Shown piece after piece: positions 48,092-56,751 of a stretch of 64,000 nt of DNA. How positions within the stretch are numbered: the stretch's first letter is position 1; each line of letters begins with the position of its first letter. The DNA comes from an uncultured virus (IMG/VR IMGVR_UViG_2540341247_000004). Lineage: Duplodnaviria > Heunggongvirae > Uroviricota > Caudoviricetes. The stretch lies in IMG/VR virus record IMGVR_UViG_2540341247_000004, one strand, 5' to 3'. Under the pieces are notes generated by a model. The model did not search any database. It had not been told where the DNA came from and saw nothing but the letters and a program-made list of their open reading frames with translations. Both the position numbers and the translations under genes were made by a program.

Positions 48092-48913
48092 GCCCTGCGT
48101 CCAGATCGCCACCAGCTGCACCAGCTGCCCGGCCCTGCGTCCAGATCGCCACCAGCTGCACCAGCTGCCCGGCCCTGCGTCCAGATCGCCACCAGCTGCA
48201 CCAGCTGCCCGGCCCTGCGTCCAGTCGCCACCAGCTGCACCAGCTGCCCGGCCCTGCGTCCAGTCGCCACCAGCTGCACCAGCTGCCCGGCCCTGCGTCC
48301 AGTCGCCACCAGCTGCACCAGCTGCCCGGCCCTGCGTCCAGTCGCCACCAGCTGCACCAGCTGCCCGGCCCTGCGTCCAGATCGCCACCAGTCGCGCCGC
48401 TGCCCGGCCCTGCGTCCAGTCGCCACCAGCTGCACCAGCTGCCCGGCCCTGCGTCCAGTCGCCACCAGTCGCGCCGCTGCCCGGCCCTGCGTCCAGATCG
48501 CCACCAGCTGCACCAGCTGCCCGGCCCTGCGTCCAGTCGCCACCAGTCGCGCCGCTGCCCGGCCCTGCGTCCAGATCGCCACCAGCTGCACCAGCTGCCC
48601 GGCCCTGCGTCCAGTCGCCACCAGCTGCACCAGCTGCCCGGCCCTGCGTCCAGTCGCCACCAGTCGCGCCGCTGCCCGGCCCTGCGTCCAGTCGCCACCA
48701 GCTGCACCAGCTGCCCGGCCCTGCGTCCAGTCGCCACCAGCTGCACCAGCTGCCCGGCCCTGCGTCCAGTCGCCACCAGCTGCACCAGCTGCCCGGCCCT
48801 GCGTCCAGTCGCCACCAGCTGCACCAGCTGCCCGGCCCTGCGTCCAGTCGCCACCAGCTGCACCAGCTGCCCGGCCCTGCGTCCAGTCGCCACCAGCTGC
48901 ACCAGCTGCCCGG
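48092..48913 (-). repeat. Array C: about 21 tandem 38-40-bp units, about 17 with GCTGGTGG on - strand
   Basis: CCCTGCGTCCAG(A)TCGCCACCAGCTGCACCAGCTGCCCGG units, counted by hand. Confidence 0.97.
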
Positions 48914-49039
48914 ACATTGTGCCCTGACATTGCGTTGCATGATGCAAGCAAGGCTATCATGCGCTTTGACACATGATCTGACACATGGAAACACGGAAAA
49001 ATCGTTGCTTTTCAATGGGTTGCCGGTCGCGGTGGCTTT

Positions 49040-49194
49040 GGGTCCCTCTTGCGCCTGGCCGCAGGGGGCGGGGACGCGGAACCCCGAATCTCGCGCAATT
49101 TGAAACTTTCCTCAATAAAACAGCAATGATTATGAGGTTGGACTCATGTAAATAGGCTTAACATAGTATTTTAGTATGTAAATAGGCTTAACAT
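49040..49194 (+). other. Candidate cos region (cosQ-like, cosN-like, direct repeats)
   Basis: GGGTCCC at 49040; GGGCGGGGACGC at 49066-49077 (9/12 to lambda GGGCGGCGACCT); ATGTAAATAGGCTTAACAT x2 at 49146 and 49176. Confidence 0.5.
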
Positions 49195-49276
49195 CGACCT
49201 GCCGAGGCGTTTCCTGCAAAAACCCCCTAAATTTGGTCGGATCTCTTGAATAGTCACAGATTGACTATTTTGGAAC

Positions 49277-49307
49277 AAAAAAAGGGGACCATCCGAAGAT
49301 GGCCCCG
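49277..49307 (-). terminator. Possible leftward intrinsic terminator
   Basis: A-run, then GGGGACCATC-cgaa-GATGGCCCC stem. Confidence 0.5.
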
Positions 49308-49485
49308 AGTTGACTGCGCGCCGTATCGCGCCATTGCCTACAGCAAGAAACCCCCTTCTACCGCGAATCTTTTTCACGGTCAACGTGCTTCTCACACCTT
49401 GGTCAAGGCTGGACTGGGACAGCAGATCGCACCTGGCGCAAAGCCTAGCTGTCGCATCATGCGATATTTCGCATTTCCTCGGATT

Positions 49486-49840
49486 TGTTACAGGAGTTAC
49501 AGGATTTTCAAGGCTGTAACACAAGGCTGTAACAAGTTAAGTCCTTGTTTTTTTTGATTTTTCTTTAATTTGTTACAGGTGTTACAGGAATCTCTTAGAG
49601 AGTATAGAGAAATAGGGGAAAAGTGAAAATCGGAAGGGGGAATAGGAAATAGGGCTAAAGCCATCATACAACTGGTCATAGCATGGTGATGAACAGGTGC
49701 ATCGGGGAAGCCCGTATCGTGTAGAGACATAAGAGATTCCTGTAACACCTGTAACATCTCAGAATTTTCTTTTAGTTACATACACTTACGCTGTTACAGC
49801 CTTTGTTACAGCCTTGTTACAGGATTCAAAGCTGTAACAC
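49486..49840. other. Putative replication origin with TGTTACA/TGTAACA iterons
   Basis: 11 full copies in both orientations with AT-rich spacers, downstream of the primase/VirE gene. Confidence 0.75.
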
Positions 49841-50019
49841 TCCCTACGCGATCATCGGACACAGCGCATCATGCGCCCTGTCGCATCATCGCCTACGTTG
49901 CATCATACAACCATTTCAATCTTCGTTTGTGTTACATCATTGCGTGTGTGTTATTTCACTTGAAATGTGAAACATGCGATCATAGTATATGTCTCATCTT
50001 CAACAGAAAGGATTCTGAC

Positions 50020-50475
50020 ATGAAACCTCACGCGAAACCCCGCAGCCGAGCCATATTGGCCCTGATGACACTGGCAGGGATGGATGAAAAGAAGCCGAAT
50101 CCGGCTATCGAAACCCCTTCCGCCGACCGTGCGAGGCCGCTTTTCATGGCACTGGAAGGCGTCGTTATGGCCGCGATCCCCGGACCGAGAAGCGAGGCCC
50201 TGGTTACTCAGGCGGAGCTCGCACGGCGCTTGGACGTGCCCAAACTCGTCGTCGGTGCCATTGTCAAAGTGCTGGAACAGGATGGCCGGGTGCAGCGCTA
50301 CCCGAGTTTCCGCGAGGATGACGGCCTTATCTGCGGAACCGGCTATCAACGGGTATCGGACGGCCCGCTGATCGGCTCCGTCCCCGGCGCAGATGCGGGC
50401 GCGGCAGAGGTATGGGAAGACAAATGGGGGAAAGAGACCGGGGGAGCCTGGTGGTCGAAGGGGTCGAAGACATGA
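50020..50475 (+). CDS. Winged-helix DNA-binding protein
   Basis: TQAELARRLDVPKLVVGAIVKVLEQDG.V; AAGGA RBS. Confidence 0.7.
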   Translation: MKPHAKPRSRAILALMTLAGMDEKKPNPAIETPSADRARPLFMALEGVVMAAIPGPRSEALVTQAELARRLDVPKLVVGAIVKVLEQDGRVQRYPSFREDDGLICGTGYQRVSDGPLIGSVPGADAGAAEVWEDKWGKETGGAWWSKGSKT

Positions 50476-50510
50476 AAGGGTTTCAAGTGATCTGACCTGA
50501 ACCCCAGACC

Positions 50511-50541
50511 AAAGAAAAGGGCCGCTAATGCGGCCCTTCTT
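50511..50541. terminator. Bidirectional terminator between convergent genes
   Basis: AAGGGCCGC-taat-GCGGCCCTT with A/T-rich flanks. Confidence 0.75.
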
Positions 50542-53066
50542 CATTTCGGAACGATGCGGTCAAACATCCTCTGGATGCCGTGGACCTTGTGCCGCCTGGG
50601 CTTCGGGTCGGGCATCCAGCCACTGAGCATCCGCAGTGCCCTGCCAACGAGCTGTGCGTTGCGCTGGTCAAGCAGACTGGCGTCCCTGCCCAGGCACTCG
50701 ACCCAGATTTCTCTGATGCAGGTTTCATTTCTGTATTCAGGGCCGACGCCATCGATATCGGAGAAGTCCGCGCCCACGGGCAGATCAAGCCAATGCTCGA
50801 TTTGCCCAGCCAACATTTCTTCGGCGCTTTCCACGCGGCGGCTTTCTTGGAACAACCGGGCTTCTTCGATCGCCTGCGGATCGGTCATGTAAAGCGGCAG
50901 GTAGTCGCCGTGTTCCTTGTGCAGCGCGCGGAACATAACCACCGCTTCGGCCCAAATCTGCTGAATGTTCCTGGACAGCGTGTCAATGTCGATTGGCTCA
51001 GTGCGGTTGACCCTGATAGGCCAGAAGCGCCTGCCGCCGGTGTTGTCGCGCAGATACGTGTCTTCGTTGGTGGAACCGATGAAGACCTGTTGCCGTGGGA
51101 AGACCCTGGGACGCTTGTCGTAGGCCAGGCGTCGCTTGTCGTGCGTCCGTGATATGAACCCTTTGAGGATGTTGCCGTCGGCCTTCGAGTGGCCTTGCAG
51201 TTCCGGCATTTCCAGAATCCATGATCCTTCCATGCTTTCGATCATCCGGTTCGGGTCGTGGAAGTCGGCAGCCAATTCCCCCGTCCACTCGCCGCCCAGC
51301 ACGGCGATGAAGGTGGACTTCCTGATCCCCTGGGTGCCTTCGAGGATCGGGACGAAATCAAACTTGCAGCCCGGAATGAAAATGCGCGCGACCGCACCGA
51401 TCAGGAACAACCTCGCCGCCTCATGGTGATAGGGCGTGTCCGGGCACCCCAGATAGTCGATGAACAGCCGGGTCATGCGAGGCACCCGGTCCCATTCGAT
51501 CTGATTCAGGAAGTCCTGAACGGGATGAAATGTGTTCTCAAGCGACGCCTCGATTACAGCGGCTTTTAGGTCGCGGTCAGTGACCTTCATGGCGTATCCG
51601 CCCTGCCGGATAGGCGCTTCAATGAACCGTCTGACCCCTACATCATGGTCATCGGTCCAAAGATCGCCGTTAACCTCATCCTTCACGTCCCAGATTGACT
51701 TGCTGAGTTGGACGACGGGCTTCGGGCTTTCCTTTTTCAACTTCGCCACACCGGGCTTCTGGATCAGAACGATCTGCTCACTGAACAGGTTCTTGCCGAG
51801 AACGCCGCATGTTCGAACGTCGTTGCGCAGGACCAGGCAAGTGTTGGGCATGGTGTTTGCATACCCGTCACCGTCCTTGTTCACCTGCATGCAACTGCGC
51901 CACTCATCCATAGGTTCGAGCTGTCTACGGGTGACGCGGATGTCCTTCTGCGCAGGTTGATCGACGCCAAGAAGGTCCAGTAGCGGGTCCGATCCGACCG
52001 GCACCAGAGCTACCCCTTCCGGTGGCAGGTCAAGGAGGTCTTCAAACTCACCTTGCGATGAAAAATCGTCCTCATCGAACGACAAATCACCTTCCAGACG
52101 ATGCCGGTTTGCAGCCTGAATAAGCGATGCCATCGTGACTGGGTTCTTGGACCCCTTGAACGAATTCCACACCACCAGCTGGTTCTTGGCGTCGAATTTC
52201 TCTGACCGCCTCGACCACTCGCACCATCTTTCATACCCGTCTTCACCACCTTCGAACTGGTGACTGAGGGCCTGGCCGACGCGCAACCACTCGTCGCGGT
52301 CATCAACCCAGTCTTCCGGCAGATCACGCAGGACGCGGGAAACATCGTCTTCCTCAAGGTCCAGCTTTCGCTTTCGGACCTCCGACATCAGCCACTCGCC
52401 GTCGTCTTCGTCGTCCTCAAGCGATCCAGTATCGGCCTTGATACCCCACGATTCTACCAGTGAGGCGGGCACCGTAGGCCCTATTCCGAGATCCACCATC
52501 GTCAGATCAAGAGGGGTCTCCCATCGGTAGGGTTGACCTGTATCCGGGTGGATCGAAGGAGGTATGACGGCCTGTTTTCCTGTGCCGAATAGTTCGATCT
52601 CCCAGTCGTTCTTCTTGACCTCACGACCCTTGGTTTCGTCCCATACCATCTTGAAGGTTTTCGACTTCGCCAGCTTGCGAGACCGGAACGGCATGTCTGT
52701 GATGAAATAGAAGTGCCTCGACTCGCCGCCCGATCCGCTGATGACCGTCGGGAACGCCTCGAAACCCGGCCAGATGGACCGGAGATAGTCGCGACAATCC
52801 CCTGCCATCGCGGGGTCGCGGATATCGAGGTCTATGAGGTAGATGAAGCCGAGGTTCGTCTTCGAAAACTCGCCCAGGCGGATGCCCACATTGGCCCCGC
52901 TTCTGTAGTTCCCTCGCAAATCTTCAAGTGTGTTGCGTCCGAGTTCTGACCAGTTTTCGGCAATCGGAGCTTTGCTTTGCGGCCTCAACCAATGGAGGGC
53001 CGCCCCGCCTTTGACGAGCGGTTCAATGGACTTGAACGCCTCATCACGGGACAGTGAATTCGCCAT
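50541..53066 (-). CDS. Bifunctional primase-polymerase + PriCT-2 + VirE-type helicase
   Basis: K.P...W, NVGIRLG, IDLD, SGSGG..H.YF, PPSIHPDTG.PY.W; W..WS..S.KF; PG.KFD..PILEG.QG.RKST, YLRD.TG.RRFWP. Confidence 0.92.
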   Translation of the reverse strand: MANSLSRDEAFKSIEPLVKGGAALHWLRPQSKAPIAENWSELGRNTLEDLRGNYRSGANVGIRLGEFSKTNLGFIYLIDLDIRDPAMAGDCRDYLRSIWPGFEAFPTVISGSGGESRHFYFITDMPFRSRKLAKSKTFKMVWDETKGREVKKNDWEIELFGTGKQAVIPPSIHPDTGQPYRWETPLDLTMVDLGIGPTVPASLVESWGIKADTGSLEDDEDDGEWLMSEVRKRKLDLEEDDVSRVLRDLPEDWVDDRDEWLRVGQALSHQFEGGEDGYERWCEWSRRSEKFDAKNQLVVWNSFKGSKNPVTMASLIQAANRHRLEGDLSFDEDDFSSQGEFEDLLDLPPEGVALVPVGSDPLLDLLGVDQPAQKDIRVTRRQLEPMDEWRSCMQVNKDGDGYANTMPNTCLVLRNDVRTCGVLGKNLFSEQIVLIQKPGVAKLKKESPKPVVQLSKSIWDVKDEVNGDLWTDDHDVGVRRFIEAPIRQGGYAMKVTDRDLKAAVIEASLENTFHPVQDFLNQIEWDRVPRMTRLFIDYLGCPDTPYHHEAARLFLIGAVARIFIPGCKFDFVPILEGTQGIRKSTFIAVLGGEWTGELAADFHDPNRMIESMEGSWILEMPELQGHSKADGNILKGFISRTHDKRRLAYDKRPRVFPRQQVFIGSTNEDTYLRDNTGGRRFWPIRVNRTEPIDIDTLSRNIQQIWAEAVVMFRALHKEHGDYLPLYMTDPQAIEEARLFQESRRVESAEEMLAGQIEHWLDLPVGADFSDIDGVGPEYRNETCIREIWVECLGRDASLLDQRNAQLVGRALRMLSGWMPDPKPRRHKVHGIQRMFDRIVPK

Positions 53067-53078
53067 GTGATTCCCCGA

Positions 53079-53417
53079 TCAGATGCCAGTGAACCGGGCG
53101 ATTTCATCCTGTGAAATAAGGGGTTCGGCATCCTTGCTGGGACGTGACATTTCGCGGATCGCCCGCGCAGCCTTGGGGGACAGGTTTTCTGCCCGGAACC
53201 AGCGGTAGACTGTGTAGCGCGCAACTCCCGCCCGCCTGGACATTTCCAGCGTGTCGATCCGCCCGCCGCTCACAAGCCCTTGGATCTCCGAGAACTTCGG
53301 ACAGAGGAATCGGTGCAGATCAGTGTCCCAGTAGGCGCTTTCGGTGCGGTCGCGAGGAAGCCGGGTTTTTTTCTGTTCTCTTTTGGCGGCCATCTGATGA
53401 TCCAATCGCGATTTCAT
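53079..53417 (-). CDS. Cro-like HTH protein
   Basis: EMSRRAGVARYTVYRWF; AAGG RBS; at a divergent promoter region. Confidence 0.7.
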   Translation of the reverse strand: MKSRLDHQMAAKREQKKTRLPRDRTESAYWDTDLHRFLCPKFSEIQGLVSGGRIDTLEMSRRAGVARYTVYRWFRAENLSPKAARAIREMSRPSKDAEPLISQDEIARFTGI

Positions 53418-53586
53418 GGTGTTTCCCTTGCGGTTCGACCTGAGCTTACGGACTTATGCGACCAGAATCAACTAATCTGTGAAAGTTCGCACATTTTGTG
53501 TTGAGTTTAATTGCGTCCTGTGGAATAAACGTGACTGTTACAGAAAAGGTGAAACCTCATCACCCCGCCCAAGGAGACCCTGGCAC

Positions 53587-54075
53587 ATGGCACTTGAAGA
53601 CAAACTCGTTGAACTGATTGACGCGCTGAACCGCAACACCGCCGTCACCGAAAACCTGATGAATCTGCGCGCGCAGACAATCGAGGAAATCAAGGGCGCG
53701 GCCAAGCCGGCCACCAAATCGACGGAAAAAACCCCGACGACTTCGGACACCCCCAAGCCGAACATCAGCGAGACGCCCGAGGATCGCAAGGACCCGGAAA
53801 CCGGCGGCTCCGATCCGTATGAGAACCTGGGGAAGGTCATCAGCGAATTCGTCGGCATGGATGACAACGCCGAACTGCGCGACGAACGTGCCGCAATCGT
53901 GAAGAAGCTGTTCGGCCATGACAAGATCAAGGCGGCCAACCACAAGGAAGTGCCCGAACCGATGATCCCCGTCGTGATCGCCAACATCGAAAAGGTGGCC
54001 CCGGACTTCAAGAAGAAGTCGGACGCTGCGAAAGCGGCCACCACGACCGGCTCCGACGATCTTCTGGGAGGCTGA
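53587..54075 (+). CDS. Hypothetical protein ending DDLLGG
   Basis: AAGGAG RBS; MALE.....L..AL..NTA N-terminus, as in genes preceding DUF2800. Confidence 0.75.
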   Translation: MALEDKLVELIDALNRNTAVTENLMNLRAQTIEEIKGAAKPATKSTEKTPTTSDTPKPNISETPEDRKDPETGGSDPYENLGKVISEFVGMDDNAELRDERAAIVKKLFGHDKIKAANHKEVPEPMIPVVIANIEKVAPDFKKKSDAAKAATTTGSDDLLGG

Positions 54076-54077
54076 CC

Positions 54078-54380
54078 ATGGCGGCCGCAATCTCAAGGCA
54101 GGTTCGACGCGCGGAAGAACGCCGCGCGTCGAAGCCCGCCCCCGGCCATATCGCGCTGACATCCCGGCGTCACATGGCCGTTCGCACCAAGGGTCGTGCC
54201 TTCCGTCGCATGATTCTGGTTGACCTGGTGGAAACCAACATCGGCCTGCCGAACACCTTCGTCCTTCGGCATCCGACACGCAAGACAGGGGAAAAGCGCA
54301 TGTCTGCAACCCCTGAACTGCTTTCCACTTTCTTCCCGTCCCTGCCCCCGGAGCTCTTTCGCTATCACCTGGGCGCGTAA
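54078..54380 (+). CDS. Hypothetical basic protein
   Basis: GGAGG RBS; LRHPTRK. Confidence 0.65.
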   Translation: MAAAISRQVRRAEERRASKPAPGHIALTSRRHMAVRTKGRAFRRMILVDLVETNIGLPNTFVLRHPTRKTGEKRMSATPELLSTFFPSLPPELFRYHLGA

Positions 54381-54402
54381 CCTCTGAAAGGAACTGACCA
54401 CA

Positions 54403-54594
54403 ATGGGTATCACCTTGACCGAAAGCCAGCGCAAGTGGCTTGGCACACTGACCACCAAAGGCATCGGCCCGATCCCGATTGCCAGCTACACGAAACTGGC
54501 CGAGGCCGGTCTGTGCGAGAAGACCGGCGAAGGCTCCGGGCGGCGCGGCTTCGTGATGGTCGCGATCACCGAGGCAGGCCGGAACGCCCTTTGA
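54403..54594 (+). CDS. Small winged-helix-like protein
   Basis: LT..Q...L ... L...GL ... ITEAGRNAL; AAGGA RBS. Confidence 0.7.
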   Translation: MGITLTESQRKWLGTLTTKGIGPIPIASYTKLAEAGLCEKTGEGSGRRGFVMVAITEAGRNAL

Positions 54595-54619
54595 CCTGAA
54601 TTCGACCGACCGACTTTTA

Positions 54620-54650
54620 GGGGTGTGGCGATCTACGCCCACCCCTTTTT
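54620..54650 (+). terminator. Probable intrinsic terminator
   Basis: GGGGTGTGGCG-atcta-CGCCCACCCC-TTTTT. Confidence 0.6.
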
Positions 54651-54681
54651 ACGCTCATACCAAAAGGTGCTGACCTATTTC

Positions 54682-55905
54682 ATGGCCCATCTATTTGAAG
54701 CCATTGCTCATGCAGAAATGGGACCATCCGCCGCTGATCGGTGGATGAACTGCACGAAGTCTGTCGAGCTTATACGAGTTTTGAAGCGCCGGGGCGACAT
54801 ACCAGCGCGTGAAACGAGTGAGTTCGCTGCGGAGGGCACAGTAGCCCACCAAGTCCGCGAAGATGCGTTGAACCTTGGTCTCGATCCTCACGATTTCATC
54901 GGCCAGAAGATCACCACCGACGGGTTCACGTTCGAAATAACCGAAGAAATGTCCGATCACATTCAACCGGGCGTGGACTGGATTCGTGAGATCCTGCCGC
55001 GCTTCGACGTTGAAATTCGTGTCCGTCTTGACCCTTGGTTGCCCAATCAGTTCGGGACGATGGACACAGGCGGCGTCTTCGGTGACACCCTGGTCGTTTG
55101 CGATTTCAAATTCGGCGCAGGTGAACCCGTCGACGCCAAGATGAATCGCCAGATGCGCCTATATGCCCTTGGATACTGGCATTTCATCGGACGTCCGAAG
55201 GTCAAGACCGTCCTGATGGTGATTGACCAGCCGCGCGCAGGGGAGATGAAATTCTGGGAAATCTCCCTGGACGAGTTGCTGGAATTCGCAAAGGAAGCGT
55301 CCGACAAGTTCCTGCGGATCAAGACGGGTCGAACAGAGTATAAACCGGACGTCAAGGGATGCCGCTGGTGCCCCGTGCGTCGGACCCGTGCCGGATGCCC
55401 AGCATACAACGAAATGATGCACAAAATCTTCGGTGAAGCCTTTGCCGATGAATACTTCGACCTGACAGGCGGTCCCTGGTTCACTGATCCCAACCTGATG
55501 ACACCTGAGAAGCGCGCCCGCGTCGCGCTGTTCGCATCAGACGCCAAGGCTTGGATCGACAAGGTGGCGGGCGACTCCTTGGCGCAGGCCGTCGAGGGGG
55601 ACCCCGATCCCGGCACGAAGGCGGTCGTTGGTCGCAACGGCGCAAGATACTTCCGAGACGAGAAACGCGCCGCAGAAATCCTGTTTGCTGCGGTGGGCAT
55701 GGATGCCTTCAAACCCTTGGCGTTGAACGGCATCACCGAGATCGAAAAACTGGTCAAGCCCGGTCGCCGGAAGGCGGGTCACCCCGAGGCATGGCAGTTG
55801 CTCCAAGAACTTCTCGACCAGAAGCCGGGTTCGCCCGCGCTGGCCCCGGAAGACGACCCCAGGCGGGCCTATGTGCCCATCGGGGATGAGTTTGAAGACC
55901 TGTGA
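54682..55905 (+). CDS. DUF2800 Cas4-like PD-(D/E)xK exonuclease
   Basis: HA..GPS.A.RWMNC, AAEGT.AH, FGT.D, DFKFG.G, N.QM.LYALG, I.QPR, CRWC. Confidence 0.9.
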   Translation: MAHLFEAIAHAEMGPSAADRWMNCTKSVELIRVLKRRGDIPARETSEFAAEGTVAHQVREDALNLGLDPHDFIGQKITTDGFTFEITEEMSDHIQPGVDWIREILPRFDVEIRVRLDPWLPNQFGTMDTGGVFGDTLVVCDFKFGAGEPVDAKMNRQMRLYALGYWHFIGRPKVKTVLMVIDQPRAGEMKFWEISLDELLEFAKEASDKFLRIKTGRTEYKPDVKGCRWCPVRRTRAGCPAYNEMMHKIFGEAFADEYFDLTGGPWFTDPNLMTPEKRARVALFASDAKAWIDKVAGDSLAQAVEGDPDPGTKAVVGRNGARYFRDEKRAAEILFAAVGMDAFKPLALNGITEIEKLVKPGRRKAGHPEAWQLLQELLDQKPGSPALAPEDDPRRAYVPIGDEFEDL

Positions 55906-55921
55906 TCGAAAGGAAAACACC

Positions 55922-56671
55922 ATGGGTAAAGTGATGGACCGCGACCCGTCTGGGCGCACAGTGCTGATTACCGGGGGCCGCTTGTCCTTCGGTGACAGCT
56001 TGCAGGAAAAGAAGAAGCCTGCCAAGGCCGACTCCGACGCAACGCCGGCGCACAGCGCCAACATCATCCTTGAGCATGACCACAAGGATTTTGCATCCAA
56101 TCAGGCCGCTATCATTGAGGCGTTGAAGGCTGCCGGGACGGAATTCAAGAAGCGGGAAGGCTTCTGGAAGGAACTGTGGGATGACAGCCCGAAACAGCTG
56201 TGTTTCCGCAAAGGGGACAAGTTCAAAAACGACGAATCCGGGGAAGTCTATGCCGGGTATGCAGGCAACCTGGTGGTGACCGGAAAGGGACCGCGCGCTG
56301 GGCAACAGCGCCCGGTTCTCAAGGATCGATACAAGCGGGACGTCGGATACGATGACATTCCCGACGTCTTCTACAACGGCACCTATGGCGACTTCATCGT
56401 GAGCTTCTACGGCACCGACAAGGGGGGCACCGCCCGTATCACCTGCTCAATTGAAGCGATCCGCTCCTATCAGGAAGGTGAGCGCATGGGCGGCGGCGGC
56501 ATTGACGTCCGTGACGATGACTTTGACGACATGCCCGAGGATGACAGCTTCGGTGGGGACTCGAAGCCCAGCGGCGGGGGTGACGATCTGCTTGGCGGGT
56601 CCAAATCAGGCGGGGGTGACGATCTGCTTGGCGGGTCCAAATCAGGCGGCGACCTCGACCTTCTGGGCTGA
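55922..56671 (+). CDS. DUF2815 ssDNA-binding protein with acidic tail carrying three DLLG motifs
   Basis: RLSF...L, RKGD, YAGYAG, RP, FYNG.Y, GERMGGG; position between DUF2800 and polymerase. Confidence 0.85.
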   Translation: MGKVMDRDPSGRTVLITGGRLSFGDSLQEKKKPAKADSDATPAHSANIILEHDHKDFASNQAAIIEALKAAGTEFKKREGFWKELWDDSPKQLCFRKGDKFKNDESGEVYAGYAGNLVVTGKGPRAGQQRPVLKDRYKRDVGYDDIPDVFYNGTYGDFIVSFYGTDKGGTARITCSIEAIRSYQEGERMGGGGIDVRDDDFDDMPEDDSFGGDSKPSGGGDDLLGGSKSGGGDDLLGGSKSGGDLDLLG

Positions 56672-56690
56672 CCCGGCCCTAGTCATACCG

Positions 56691-56719
56691 AGCGGGCCGC
56701 GAAGATCAGCGGCCCGCTT
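56691..56719 (+). terminator. Stem-loop after SSB gene
   Basis: AGCGGGCCGC-N8-GCGGCCCGCT; weak U-tract. Confidence 0.5.
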
Positions 56720-56751
56720 GCCATTCACCTTTCATGGGAAAGACACCTGAA

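Noticed and set aside
43584..48913. Arrays as CRISPR or TIGR-type guide arrays
   Set aside because: There are no unique spacers. Variation is limited to one A/G position and short fixed indels, and no cas or Nop-domain gene was recognised.
47955..49103. ORFs of about 300 aa across array C (and short ones across array A)
   Set aside because: Same stop-free repeat artefact; the + strand ORFs also begin at or after a terminator.
54682..55905. Cas4-like protein as evidence of a CRISPR system
   Set aside because: It is the standard DUF2800 nuclease of the phage replication module, next to DUF2815.
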